From Octopus bimaculoides (Eukaryota): 64,000 nucleotides of DNA. This document shows, in pieces, positions 1-12,840 of the stretch (the stretch's first letter is position 1; each line of letters starts with the position of its first letter). The notes below the pieces were generated by a model that made no database searches, was not told the origin of the DNA, and worked only from the letters and a program-made list of their open reading frames with translations. Position numbers and translations under genes: made by a program. Where the stretch lies: NCBI RefSeq assembly GCF_001194135.2, contig NC_068992.1, positions 61,210,566 to 61,274,565 of the forward strand, read 5' to 3'.

Positions 1-180
1 CTGGCATGAGTTAGATAGTTTAACTGGAACTGGTAAGTTGGAGAGCTGCACCAAGTTCCAATCTGATTTGGCATGGTTTCTACGGTTGGATACCCTTCCT
101 AATGACAACCTCTCCAAAAGTGTAATGGGTGATTTTTATGTGCCACCAGTATGGGTGTCATAAGCCACAACTGTGATTTC
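1..180 (-). mobile_element. SINE family C fragment
   Basis: Shares ccaatctgatttggc...tttctacggttggat.cccttcctaa with copies at 17604 and 47852. Confidence 0.7.
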
Positions 181-550
181 ACTTGGCTTGATGATTCTTT
201 TCAAGTGTGGCATATTGTCAGGTGAGGCTGAAATCATGTGGTTGGGAAGCAAGCTCTTTAACTATTGTCACACCTTATAATCAATATAAAACTCCATTTA
301 AATTGTCAGTGAGAGGAAGTTATAATTTGTCCACATCTCAAAAAAGGCTTTTTGGTTAGGAATATTAAAATGTAATGGCAGAAATGATGACAACACAGGT
401 GATGCTGAAACTGTAAATTTTAACATTTTGAACCCACAAATATACTTTTGCAGGTGTGATTTTATTTGACTGTGCCCTTGAAAGGTGCAAGAGTGGCTAC
501 ATAGTTTTTTTTTATTTATAGTGGGGAAAAAAAAATCTTTCTGCTAATTA

Positions 551-1030
551 GGTGCAGGTGTAGCTGTGTGGTAAGAAGCTTACTTCTCAACCACATGGTT
601 CCAGGTTCAGTTCCACTGCATGGCACCTTGGGCAAGGCTACTATAGCCTTGGGCTGACCAAAGCCTTATGAGTGGATATGGTAGACAGAAACAGAAAGAA
701 ACCTGTCATATATATAGATGTGTGTGTGTGTGTGTCCCTGTTTGTCTTCCACCACTGTTTGACAACTGGTGGTGATACATTTGTGTATATATGTATATAT
801 CTATGTATGTGTGTCTGTTTGTCTCCCCATACCAGTTGACAACCAGTGTTGGTGTGTTTATGTTCCTATACTGTAACTTAGTAGTTTGGCAAAGGAGACC
901 AGTAGAATAAGCACTAAGCTTTAAAAAAAAAAAAGTCCTAGGATCGATTTGTTTGACTAAAAAATCATTCAAGGTGGTGCCGCAGCATAGCCACGGTCAA
1001 ATGACCGAAGCAAGTAAAGGCAAAAGATGA
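551..1030 (+). mobile_element. tRNA-derived SINE family A
   Basis: tRNA-like head (gctgtgtggtaag...ggttcagttcca), ggcaccttgggcaag core, internal (TA/TG)n, tail gactgaaacaagtaaa-like; near-identical copies elsewhere in the window. Confidence 0.85.
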
Positions 1031-1432
1031 TTATTGAGTTGGAAACACAAATCCATGTGGTCATCCGATTTTGTCTGGTTCTGTGGTTGTCAAATGACAT
1101 CATGCCTTCTAAAGCATATTTGTTGATTCAATGGGTTAAGGATTTGGTATGTGAAGAAAGTTTCAGTCTTACAGACTGAAACCATTTCAAACCTTATCAA
1201 TACTGAAATATAAACTTCAAAATTCTGATGATGATAATGGTGGTGGTGGTGTGTGAAGTTGGTGTTGTTGACAGCGTTTCCTGAACAATCTTATCCATTC
1301 TTCTCTGGAGAAATAGTGGAAGATTTATAAAATTTAGAATGTTGGTTAAAGGAACAATAGCTCTAGTATGTAGCAAGATTTTTACAGTATACTTATTCAT
1401 TAAAAAATTGTTATTACACTTAAAAATGGTGA

Positions 1433-1476
<44 letters not shown>

Positions 1477-1849
1477 TTCGGTCAGCATAAGTTATATTTA
1501 TCACTGGTGAGGCAAATATGTCTCAAAATGCCTTCTGCTTCAGAGATAAGCAGTAGAGTGGGTGCTTGTAATAATGAACCAAGAAATTTTAATTTATTAA
1601 AATTATACCTTTAAAAAGATTAATTCAGGTCAAGTAGGGCAGGGGACACAACCCACTTTACTATATTTGTAAGAGAGATAATCCATATTATTACATGTAT
1701 AAAGGATTATTGTGTTTTTTATAGTTTAAATAACTTGAGACTCAACTGGCACAGTACCTGACTACTTGCCTGTACATATCTATACAATACGTGTGTGTAT
1801 GAATGTATACGTATTTTGATTAGACTCTCATATGTCCTTCTCACTGGTC

Positions 1850-2372
1850 ACAATTCACTTCCATTCATATCTGTCCGCACTTTCGTCCTAAATTTGGGCC
1901 TGAACTTTTTGACTATCATCTTCACTTCGTCTTGAAGGTTTTCTAAGTGGTCTTCCAATCTCTTGAACACCACTTGACAAATGCATGGGTTCACCTGTTG
2001 TCTGTGAGCCTTGTGACACATCAAGCTTAGTGGAACTTGTGCTTGATCACATTGTCCACTCTGCTCCGTTCTCAAATTATTTCATTTCTAATATGCTTCC
2101 ACATTGATATTTCTGTCTTGGATCGTTCCATTGTCCTTTGTGTCCCAGCAAGTTGCTGTTCTCCCTTTTCATAATAGTTCGTGTTTCATTTGCATGTAAG
2201 AGTTAATGCTGGAAGATGCTATTGAAGAGATTACCATGCAGCGTCGTTTTCGGATGTGCTTTGATTATATCTTCAATCAAGGCAAATACCTTACACTCTG
2301 CTCTTATTCTGTGTGAGATTTCAGCATTCATGTCTCAGCATACATTTGCTGTTTGTCCCAAGTTAGTTACTG
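1850..2372 (-). mobile_element. RTE-clade LINE 3' ORF remnant
   Basis: Minus strand reads ...DMNAEISHRIRAECKVFALIEDII...NLFNS..., resembling the post-RT region of RTE-1 elements (EISRRIRAGW...NLFNS); contains stops and frameshifts. Confidence 0.7.
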
Positions 2373-2383
2373 CACCTAATGAA

Positions 2384-2720
2384 GGGGCATGGCTCATTGG
2401 TTAGAGTGTTGGGCTTACAATCATGATGTTGTGAGTTCAATTCTTGGACCAAGCTGTGTGTTGTGTTCCTGAGTAAGATACCTTATTTCACATTGCTGCA
2501 ATTCACTCAGTTGTAGTGTAGAAATGAGTTGTGATGTCACTGGTGCCAAGCTGTATCAGCCTTTGCCTTTCCCTAGGGCAGCATCAGTGGCATGGAGAGG
2601 GGAGACTGGTATGTATGGGCAACTGATGGTCTTCCACAAACAATCTTACATGGATTTTTGCCCTGGCGGGGAACTTTCTGGGTACAATTCCATGGTCATT
2701 CATGACCAAAGGGAGTCCTA
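2384..2720 (+). mobile_element. tRNA-derived SINE with Meta-like core
   Basis: A/B-box-like tggctcattggttagag...gagttcaattc followed by gtgttgtgttcctgagtaagataccttatttcac; related copy at about 47572-47830. Confidence 0.65.
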
Positions 2721-2832
2721 GAAAAAAAAATGTTATTGCACCTATATTTACAACATTCAATGATTCTGACCATCTCTTTATGATATTTGAAAGCAACAAT
2801 GATTTTTTTTCTCTTTTACATTTTTCTAACAG

Positions 2833-2921
2833 GATCAGAAAGGCAATCCACTCTTTCTTGGAATCACACATCAAGGTATTATGACATTCCATGGTAACAG
2901 GAGAACCCACCTGTTCACATG
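2833..2921 (+). CDS. FRMD5: FRMD5/FRMD3-like exon, start of FERM C-lobe (DQKGNPLFLGITHQGIMTFHGNRRTHLFT-W)
   Basis: ttttctaacag|GAT acceptor and TG|gtaaga donor; 89 nt, phase 0 to 2. Peptide resembles the recalled human FRMD5 [30 protein letters not shown] with the same exon boundaries. FRMD5 versus FRMD3 orthology not resolvable by eye. Confidence 0.93.
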
Positions 2922-3169
2922 GTAAGATTTCAACTTTTTATAAGATAAAAATATTTCTCTGTAGTGTTGGCCAGTTCTTACATTAATATGCCTTCTATTT
3001 TGAATTTGTATTTCCTCATACAAACGATTCTGTTGACACTCAAAAGAAAATAACAATACGACAAATGACAGGAGCTCATGAAACTAGTAAAATATTATTA
3101 AGTAAGTAAAGAGATGAATCGCATACTGGATAGGTGATGGTCACCTTCTGGTAACATTCTTAGAACATG

Positions 3170-3394
3170 AACCTGTTAGCATTCAGAGTTTTTTGTCAAA
3201 TGTGATGCTTATTTATTCACATTGTTTTGAATTAATCATACATTCTTTTGTAGCTAAGATTTTCATGATGTGATTACTTATTTTTCGGATGACATTGTAG
3301 GAAAGGTGTGATAGGCCAGATCTGGCCAGTTTTATCATTGGCTTGGTAGAATATAAGAGGCTGGGCATGAGTAGTTTGAATGTTAATGGGTTAA
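3170..3394. mobile_element. piggyBac-like MITE family E (degenerate)
   Basis: Same internal sequence as 57543-57749; ends aatgggttaa. Confidence 0.65.
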
Positions 3395-3527
3395 GTATCT
3401 AGCATCAGCAAAACAGTCAAATGAATAAAAGATTAAAAGATATTTTATGCACACACACATACATACACATACAAATATCTTTCTATTCCAAGTGAGCACT
3501 CAACTATCTTGATTATATTTTCTACAG

Positions 3528-3591
3528 GAGTCAAATGAAAAGAATAGTCTACGAAGGCAAGATGTTTATTGTACACGTCAACACTGCTGAG
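3528..3591 (+). CDS. FRMD5: FRMD5-like exon, FERM C-lobe (W-SQMKRIVYEGKMFIVHVNTAE)
   Basis: tttctacag|G acceptor and GAG|gtaaga donor; 64 nt, phase 2 to 0. TG+G completes Trp. Resembles FRMD5 WNEVTKLKFEGKTFYLYV. Confidence 0.93.
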
Positions 3592-4730
3592 GTAAGATTA
3601 TGCTATCATTTTGATAAACATTTCTTTAATTAATTAAAAACTACAATCTTGTTTGAAACCAATGAATCATTGGGTCATATTTCCTTTTCTTTTCTTTTTT
3701 TTTATGCTTTTTTATATTTTATTCAAGTGAAAAGTTATTTGAGAATGTTGAACAATAATGTTGGGTTTATGATATGCATTCATAACTGCTTAATTACTAC
3801 TGTGAGGTTTTATTTTGTTTTAAATCTTTCTAAGTTTATACTTCTTCTGAAACAAAGAAACAGACTGAACAAACCTTCAAAATAAAGGGAGGTAACTAAT
3901 TTGTTCTTCAAGTATTTTGATCATATGGTTGAAGTATCTTTGAACATTGCTAAGAATTACCTGCTATCTTCGAACCTTAAACTATTTTTTCTATTATGAT
4001 ACTGTTAAATATTTAAATGAAATTTACCAAAGATTTTAGATAATTATTTGCTAATGCTATCTTTAACTCTTTGATCAACTTTTTCGTAATTTTCTTCTTT
4101 TGGTGTTTTTACATCCAGTATTCTATGCTAGCATCAGTGGAATGATTTTTGTATAACCAATTATTTTTCCAGCTTTTATATTAAACGTGGTACTCCAAGA
4201 AGCAATCTAAAACATATGAGTTATCTACTTTATGCAGGATAAGAATACATTTGTTGTTTGGTGTTAACCTTTGACCTGGTGGTCTATTAGGTAACACTTT
4301 AGGAAACAGCTACCATGACTTCAACAAAAGGCATTTTGTGACACTGTTTATATATATATATATATATATATNNNNNNNNNNNNNNNNNNNNNNNNNNNNN
4401 NNNNNNNNNNNNNNNNNNNNNNNNNNNNNNNNNNNNNNNNNNNNNNNNNNNNNNNNNNNNNNNNNNNNNNNNNNNNNNNNNNNNNNNNNNNNNNNNNNNN
4501 NNNNNNNNNNNNNNNNNNNNNNNNNNNNNNNNNNNNNNNNNNNNNNNNNNNNNNNNNNNNNNNNNNNNNNNNNNNNNNNNNNNNNNNNNNNNNNNNNNNN
4601 NNNNNNNNNNNNNNNNNNNNNNNNNNNNNNNNNNNNNNNNNNNNNNNNNNNNNNNNNNNNNNNNNNNNNNNNNNNNNNNNNNNNNNNNNNNNNNNNNNNN
4701 NNNNNNNNNNNNNNNNNNNNNNNNNNNNNG

Positions 4731-5185
4731 CATGAGAGTTGAGAGTTGTGTTAGGTTTTAAAAAAAGGGTTAAAAGTTTGTGTTAAGCAGGAAGTATGGT
4801 GTCAAAACAGGAAGTGTGGTGTCAAAACAGGAAGTGTGTGTAAGGGGAGACAAATCTTTTTAGTTGGAGTTATGAACTCTTTTTCAACAGGAAGTTTATG
4901 TCTGTTCCTAGAGAAATAAGGTTACTGAGGGGTATGTGTGTTAAGAAATGGTTGGAATTTCTCTATGAAAAGATTCTCCTTGTTGATTCTTTCTTGTGTG
5001 GAGATTCTGTCTTTACATTGATAGAAAAGGAATATAAGGAATTTAGGGTTTTTGTTTCTGGCGCAAGAGTCTATGTGGCCAGAGTGGAATTTGGCGGTAT
5101 TGAGGGAAATTTATTTCTCTAGGAACAGACATAAACTTCCTGTTGAAAAAGAGTTCATAACTCCAACTAAAAACATTTGTCTCCC
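4731..5185 (-). mobile_element. Penelope-like element 3' fragment with inverted duplication
   Basis: Minus 5110-4922 is an uninterrupted 62-aa frame ending GHIDSCARNKNPKFLIFLFYQCKDRISTQERINKENLFIEKFQPFLNTHTPQ*, like a PLE GIY-YIG C-terminus. 4845-4919 and 5111-5185 are a 75-bp inverted repeat (74/75 identical). 20-bp tandem caggaagtgtggtgtcaaaa x3 at 4788-4840. Confidence 0.7.
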
Positions 5186-6339
5186 ATGTATACTTTTATA
5201 TGCGGTGAGGCTGACAATGACTTCAATTTTTCAGCTTGCTCACCTTTATCAGACAGTTTGATAAATATATACTCTACCAAATTGGTCCTCTTGTAACCCA
5301 AAATGTTATGAAGCTCACCAAGATACTATCTTAAAACCAGAAAAGTTGAATTCCTGCAAGTGAACTAAAAATATTGATAATTAGTCTCAAACTAGTTGTC
5401 CTTCATTAGTTCTTTCAACATCACACAGCAAACATGTTTTTTCCTTTTTTTTTTTTTTTTTCATTTCCTTTGCCCCATTTCCATAATTATTCTAGCATCC
5501 ATATTTGATATTTGCATATTTCAGAATTTTTTCCTTTAATATTTTTAGATGAATTATCATTAGAAAGTGTATTTTTATTGCTGGATATTATTTCCTATGC
5601 TAACCATTCAACCAACCATAAAGGGAACACAACTCTTATTTTTATTTTAGTCAGGCCAATTGGAGAATAGAAACAAAAAATCTAACACTGTAACAAGAGT
5701 ATGGAATCGACAGCACATGATATACAAATGTTGTCTTTGTTTACTCCTTGCTTTCTGCATATCTATTTTTTCCCTCATTCGCTTTTCTTATCTGAAAGCT
5801 GTTTATTAAAATTATTATTATTCTTCATTGTGCAAGATACTTCCATTGTTTGAAATATTTTTTCTAGACTACTTTGTATAAAGAACCTCAAATGTTTAAA
5901 AATATAAAGAAGAATGGAAGAATAAATTCCAAAGTGTTTTATCATATTCACAACAATCTTTTGTCTTCAATCTGTAACCCAAATGAAACCTTAATGATTT
6001 TTTTCAGTTTATTAACTGTTATTTAATGTAATGCCTTCTGATGTGTCATAACTTAATAGTCTTTCATGGAAACCAATTTAAGCTATTTATATTCTTTGCT
6101 TTTTTTTTTAAACCTACCCTACATTTAAAAAAAAAAAAAAATTGTGATGAAAGGATATAAATATTGAAGAAACTGAATTATCTGTGAGTAATTCTCAGAC
6201 ATCATCATCATCAATTCTTCAACTTTACGTTTTTTTTTTTTATTTACAATTAATATTTTTTCTCTTTGGCATGAATGTACGCGAAGTAAAATGGACTTGG
6301 CTTCTTACAGATATATTTATTATTGAGTTTAATTTCTCT

Positions 6340-6715
6340 TTCTCTTTTTTTGCTTTCACTCTCTATTCCTCTACCTCTTTCTCTCTCTCTCTGTTCTCTC
6401 TCTCTGTTCCCCTACCTCTTTCTCTCTCTCTGTTCCCCTACCTCTTTCTCTCCTCCTACCTTTCTCTCTCTGTTCCCCAACCTTTTCCCCTGTTTTCTCT
6501 TTCCTTTCTGCTTCTACCTCTTTCTTTCATTCTTTTCTCTCTCTTGATTTCTCTCTCTTTTCTCTCTCTTGATTTCTCTCTCTTTTCTCTCTCTTGATTT
6601 CTCTCTCTTTTCTCCCACTTTTCTTTCTCTCTCTCCTCTACCTTTCTCTCTCTACCTTTCTTTTTTTTTCTTTCTACCTTTCTTTTTTTTCTTTCTTCTC
6701 TACCTTTCTTTTTTA
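6340..6715 (+). repeat. Compound (CT)n / pyrimidine-rich microsatellite
   Basis: Direct inspection; explains ORFs 6184-6597, 6323-6547 and 6456-6725. Confidence 0.95.
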
Positions 6716-7151
6716 TTGACACCAATTGAATGAAAATTCAGTGCACTCTGACTATAGAAGGCCCCATGACAGTAGAAGCAGATCGTATGTAGCACTGGGA
6801 GAAGTGATGCCAGAGATCAAAAGTGTTAGGTTTTCACTGATGAATTTATTGCAAGACTGAGTGTAATGATGATATGCCTTGCTGTAGACCTGTCCAGTTC
6901 CTGATACAATGGAACAGGGAGACAACAAATGATAAAATAAGGATGAAGATGATTGGGGTCAGTTGGATATTACTGTTTCCTTTCAGCTAAGACTCAAAAT
7001 TGATCTTCACATATCTATGACTGTTAATGAAAGCTGTTGATAAGATTTTCTTCTGTATTCAAGTTACTTTTAATATTGACCTCTCCAAATATTAAATTAT
7101 TATCACGGGTAGCTTTTCTCCAGATTGGCTTGTCTCATCCTTATTCTAAAC

Positions 7152-7284
7152 CAGGTGTGGCTAACCTTTCTTGAGGATCAGGCTGCATGAGGCATGGCTC
7201 ATCAGTTAAGCTGCATTACTAAAAAGATTGAAGGTAGTTTTTCATTAGTCTTGAGGCCTACAGTTTGCCCATGACTGCTTTATA
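7152..7284. mobile_element. Degenerate hAT-like MITE
   Basis: Imperfect TIR caggtgtggctaac ... gtttgcccatgactg. Confidence 0.4.
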
Positions 7285-9469
7285 CTGTGTTGATTAGAGC
7301 CTTGCTTTTAAGCAAGACTTGGCAGTGTTTGGTTCATTCTCAAGGATCTCACCAGTTTGTATGTACATATCTTGCTTTATTATCCAAAACCTTTACCAGG
7401 ATTTGATTGGTTGCTTGGTTTGGTGTTTTTGGTTATATAAATGATCACACAGATTAGAATACTTATTCATGGTAAACTAATAAGATTATTTTATGAGTTT
7501 GTTTGAGGAGGAAAACGGGGGCATCTACTGATTATTTTATGGTCTTCTAAATTGTGGGTTAGAGGTAACAAGGTGATTTTAAAGTGATTAACTTTAATTT
7601 TGAATATTTCAGGGAGAATATGTGAGCAGGAAAAATAAGCTCCATTGATACTGAATTATGAGAAAGAAAGTATTTAGCAAATAGTTTAAAACAAGATCTA
7701 GGATTGAAGATTGGTATTTACAACATGCAGTAGAAGAGGCGGAGGAAAACCAATAGGCTTTATACAGCTAGCAATTGTGTAGAGGCATAGATCATTGAAA
7801 CCATGATAGGGAAAACTGGATTAGATGAGATTAGCTTAGACAGCTCTACATGAAGTGGTTTATCATAGAATAATCGGCAAGTCAAAAAAAAAAAAAACTT
7901 CTCTAGCAGGCAGCTGGCTTTGTATTCTACTTTTTTCTTTCAATTTTCTTTTTCAATTTTTTTTTTTAATGGACAATTTAGAATGTGAATGTATGTATGC
8001 ATGATGTATGCCTCATCCCAGAACTGAGGGAAGCACTGATGAGTAGAGACATATTTGAATTGCTAATCTTACTTTCTGTTGGTTTTATTTGTTAGTATAG
8101 TTAAAGATGCTTTGATTCCATCATCAGAATCTGATTTATATCTATCTGTCTTGCCAAAAATAATGCCATTTTTTTATCATTTTATAGAAACATTGAAGAT
8201 AATATCTTGCTACTGCTACTGCTGCTATTAGCTTTCATATAATGCTGGTTAAGCTTTCAGTCCCTCAATAGTTTTCTTTTTCTTTTTTCTTTTTTTTTTA
8301 TTATTAAACTTTGCATTATTCCTTATATATGACTTGTTACTATTGTTATTATTGCTTAGCGTGACAAAAAGTCCTCAGTCAGTCAAATTTGTGACTCAGT
8401 TTCAATACCTTGACAGAACTGTTTTCACTAATGCCCTCAAGAAAAGTGTGAGTGTCTCATCCCCACAAATTCCAACCAAAATCCAAAGGTTTATTTCTAA
8501 GAGAGAAATCATTCATGTTCCATAAATAAAGACTATAAATTCTATTGCATGAATGCTATTTAAAATATTTTCAAATATATTCCAAAATCAGGACCTGCTT
8601 ACACCACATGTATAATATAATATGAACTATTAAATTCACTGAAGGAAATTACTGAGCTTAATAATGGTCTAACTTCTGTTAGTGAGTTCGAAAAATCTTT
8701 AGCACGTGTTTGAAAATCTTTAGTACTACAGTAAACTCCATTCTGTCTTGCACCACAGTTTTCTGGATATCTGATTCATATTTTTTAAATTACCATAACA
8801 CGTTACAAAATTCTTAAAACTCTCCCTATATATTAGTATAATCAATAATATTCTGAATATATTAGAAATGAGGGAAATAAGAAAAAAATAAAAGAATAAT
8901 TTACATGAAGAACAAGTTTTATTAACATAATAAAATACAGGAACTGTAAATGCTGTAAAATAAAATATTATACTTTGAGATACAAAAGGGCCATTTTAGG
9001 AACTGTCAGCAAAGTATCTTTCCTTTAACAACACTTATTACAAATTCCCTTGACTCTAATTTAACAACCCATTTTTCTTTTATTATTTTTCCTGGATGCC
9101 AGTTGGTTGTGGGTTTTGGTTATTTGAGTCCCAGATAAGAGAATGTTTACTTTATATTAGTAAGACTGTGAGTACTGGATAGAACCATCTGAGCATTGGG
9201 TAGGTTGTCTTGAAGTTTTCGTTCCAATTCATTGTACTCTGAAATAAACTTTGTTTTTCATCCTGTAAGGGTTGGTAAATAACATACCAGACCAGAACTA
9301 GGACTGATTCTTCTCCCTATCTCTTTGTGAAAATATGGGCTCCCCCTGGTTTAAATAGCCAAAAAAAATCACATCAAGTATGATAACATGACTTACAATG
9401 CATAGAAGAAACAGCTTGACTCAGAACACAAAACAAGTTTAGTGCTTTTCTTATATTTCTGTTGAAATT

Positions 9470-9662
9470 CACAGCCTTTGTATCAATTAATTTTGAAAAT
9501 AATGAAAATTTTAGGGAGGTAACTTTAACATTATTAAGCTGGTATTTTGAACATGAATTAAAATGTTTTGATTGAAGGTTTTTAATTTAAATCATTTTAA
9601 AACAGGAAGTTTGTATTAGAGAACCAGGGGTGGTTTCAGGCGTGTTGGTATCAAAAGGGTTG
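9470..9662. mobile_element. piggyBac-like MITE family F
   Basis: Ends ggtatcaaaagggtt; related copies at about 26985-27195, 33180-33285, 35593-35793, 35949-36159 and 57230-57440. Confidence 0.65.
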
Positions 9663-11189
9663 ATGATTGCCTACTAAAGGACTGTATCGTTTGTAATTGC
9701 AATAAAGAAAATACCTTCTATGATTTATATACTTGTATTATGTCAAAATAAAAGTGACATGTTCGCTGTGGCAAATGAAGAAATTTATTATTATTATTAA
9801 GGTGGCAAGCTGACAGAATTATTAGTCCCCTCCCCACAAATCTGAGGCCTTGTGCCTCCAGTAGAAAGGATTATTATAATTATTAAGGTGGTGAGCTGGA
9901 AAAATTGTTAGCACATTGGACAAAATACTTAGTGGTATTTCTTCTGGCTCTTTATGCTTTGAGTTCAAATTCTGCTGAGGTTGATTTTGTCCTACATCCT
10001 TTCATATCCCATTGCAGTCAATTTTGCCTTTCATCCTTTTGGGATCAAAAACAAAAAATGTACCAATTCAGTGGGCAGTAACTACTAGAAGTGTAAAATT
10101 GGCAAAGTGCCTTGTGGTATTTGTGTTCTCAGTTCAAATCCCACATAGCCTACTTAGGTGGTAGATTTAAGCTATCATCTCATTTAACAGCACCACCTAG
10201 CATTTTTGGTACTTTTAGCAGACTTTGGTTTCTGGCAAGTATTTGAGTCAGGTTTCCGGTTCGAGGATCTTCTTTCTCTCCCTTGGAGGCTCTGTAAAGG
10301 GTTGCAACTACTGCCTTTTTAACACTAAAGGATAAAGAAAAATACAAAGGTCATCATTAAATTAATTGGAGTTAATTAAAGTCTACCAGACTACAATACA
10401 CCTCTTGCAATTCATAACCATCTTTGTATTATATCGACGAAAACCTCTTTTCAAGAATGACAATGCTTATTTTTGGCTAGCTTATTGCAGTATTTCTTCA
10501 TAAATCCCATGTTTAAAGTAATTACATACATATGTATATATATTTTGCTCTTAAAAAAAAAAAGAAAGAGCTAAGGAAAGGCTTTGCATTTAATTATTCA
10601 TACATTTATTTACTATCTTTAATTTGAAACTCTGTAAAATTTTGCCTGAATGTGCTTCTGCTGTATATATGTGTACATGCATGGATGAAAATCTACTGTA
10701 AGAATTCTTCATTACTGTGATTATGTTTCCACTTGCAGACTGTATGATGTCATTCCATTATTATCATTATTATTATTATTATCATCATATCATCGATTTT
10801 ATTGTAATTTTTTTTTTCATATTGTTATTGTTTTGTTCTACATGAGCTGTTCCAAGTCTTACTCAGAGACCTCAAGTAACAGCAAGCTGGTTGTTTTACT
10901 CTAGGTGTAATTTATGATCAGGAATGATGATTGTTGGGAAAGAAGACCAGAATCTGAGAACTAAGATTTTGTTAAATATGTAGTATTTATTTATTTATTT
11001 ATTATTATTATTATTATTAGGACAAAATACTTAACGGATTTGAAATTCCATTGAGGTCAACTTTGCCTTTCACCTTTTTGGGTAATAAAATAAGTACTGT
11101 TTGAGCACTGGAGTTGATCTAATTGAGTTCCTTATCCCTCAAAACTGCTGGCCTGGTACCAAAATAAGAAAGGATTGTTATTATTATTA

Positions 11190-11625
11190 CTGAGTGAGCG
11201 AACAGTGCATGCCATCAAAGTGACACTGGGGTAAAATATATGAAGCCCAGTATACCCATCTGATAAGGGTGCACCAGGCACATGCATCACAACCATATGT
11301 GCATGACATGGTGGTCTCATATCACCTTGCAGGTGGGGCCCAGTTAGAATTTTCTTCAGATCAAGTAGCCCATCCTGCTCAAAAGGTCCCTGAACAAGAG
11401 TTGTTTAAGGATGTTGAACGAAACCTCCATGTTTCCAAAGGTGAATTATCCAAACCCCACAAAATTCCTCTCAACACATAGCTATGATGCTTCCTTACTA
11501 CTTCTGCTCATGATCAGATGCACATCATCAGCCACCAAGGGACATACTCCACTGGTTAATGTCAAACAACTGACAAGTAAATCTGTGGTATTGAGTAGAA
11601 TATTTGCTGTAGCCCATCTTTTATA
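11190..11625 (-). mobile_element. Interspersed retro-element family D
   Basis: Second copy at about 19912-20232; abuts a (TTA)n run that is a plausible 3' tail on the minus strand. Confidence 0.6.
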
Positions 11626-12340
11626 CAAAAACAAAACAATGTACATGATAACACTTTAGGACATTTATTAATATTATGTTTTGGATTTGCTTTAATTTGT
11701 GAGTTGCACTGAAGTCTCAGCTAGAGACATCAAGGGACAACAAAGTTTTGCATCTGAATATTATTATTATGATGTTTGGAACATTGTAAATTGATGTAGA
11801 TGGCAGTTATATAAAACATTGTATAGACATTGTGATACCAGCAGCTTATAACCTTGTGACATGATGTTATATTGTAATGATATATCATTGTGATATAACA
11901 TTGTCATGCTATTGTCATATATTATTATATTGCATTAATATGGCATTATGTTACAATGTAACATTATACATGTTGTAAGTATGTATTTTTGAGATTAGAA
12001 CTGGTATGTTGTATGCGTATATAAGAAAGAAATGGAAATTCTATGATTCAAGAAAATTTGTGACAGTAATGGTCGTCTGTAACTGCAAAAATCAATTCTC
12101 CAGGGAAAGAGAGTTCTGACATTGGGAATTGTTTCATAAACTATGATATTGTATGATGGTAAATGTAATATAGGGTATATATGCAAGGGAAAATTTAGTA
12201 GGGAAAACATATTGTAAAATTATATTTTTGCCTCAATAATTGTATGTGATTAATATGAATTAATGAAAATGATATTAAGCATTATAAGCAACAATTTGAG
12301 ACAGAGAAGATAAAGATCCAACCAGTCTTACATATATATA

Positions 12341-12840
12341 CTTACTTAAGCCCTTTGTTCCCTGTGAAGCATAAGCCACGGATGACTTTTCTCCACTGTT
12401 CTTGACCATCAGCTGTCTTTTCTGCTTCTCTGAAGCTAGATCCCTGCTTTTTCAATTCTGCTATAGTATCCTACTTTCAGCTACTGTTGGTGTGACCGCT
12501 CTTCCACCTTTTATAGGTTCCAGGTCAGGGCCTGACGTGTATTGGAGGATGTTGTGTTCCTTTAAAATTTAACGGCACTTCATCAAATGTTTCCCCGAGG
12601 AAAAGCCTTACTCTCCCAGGTTTTGTTAGTTTTGAATTGTCATTGATATTTCTGTATAACTTTGCTTTTTCTGTGTAGGAGTATTTGCCCTACACAGACC
12701 ATTTTTTGTTCTTTTTTTTTTTTTACCTCTGGCCTCTATCTCTTGACTTGTCCAGCATGGGAGGTTTACACTCTGCTGGCATAGCTATCAGGCTCATTGA
12801 GGCATACAAGCCATTACATCACAACACAGACTAGACTCTG
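12341..12840 (-). mobile_element. Bipartite RTE-derived non-autonomous element (5' leader plus 3' end)
   Basis: Minus strand: RTE-like leader (ggcttgtatgcctcaatgagcctgatagctatgccagc...), then TRQALTWN-like C-terminal coding remnant and a TAAG tail. Confidence 0.6.

Noticed and set aside
453-483. cag|...|gt exon-like segment upstream of exon 2833
   Set aside because: The frame needed for a phase-0 junction contains TGA, the donor is weak (gtgcaa), and there is no YGVDPH-like FERM peptide.
551-625. tRNA gene-like heads (also at 2384, 18615, 22261 and 31086)
   Set aside because: They continue directly into SINE bodies and no complete cloverleaf or acceptor stem is evident.
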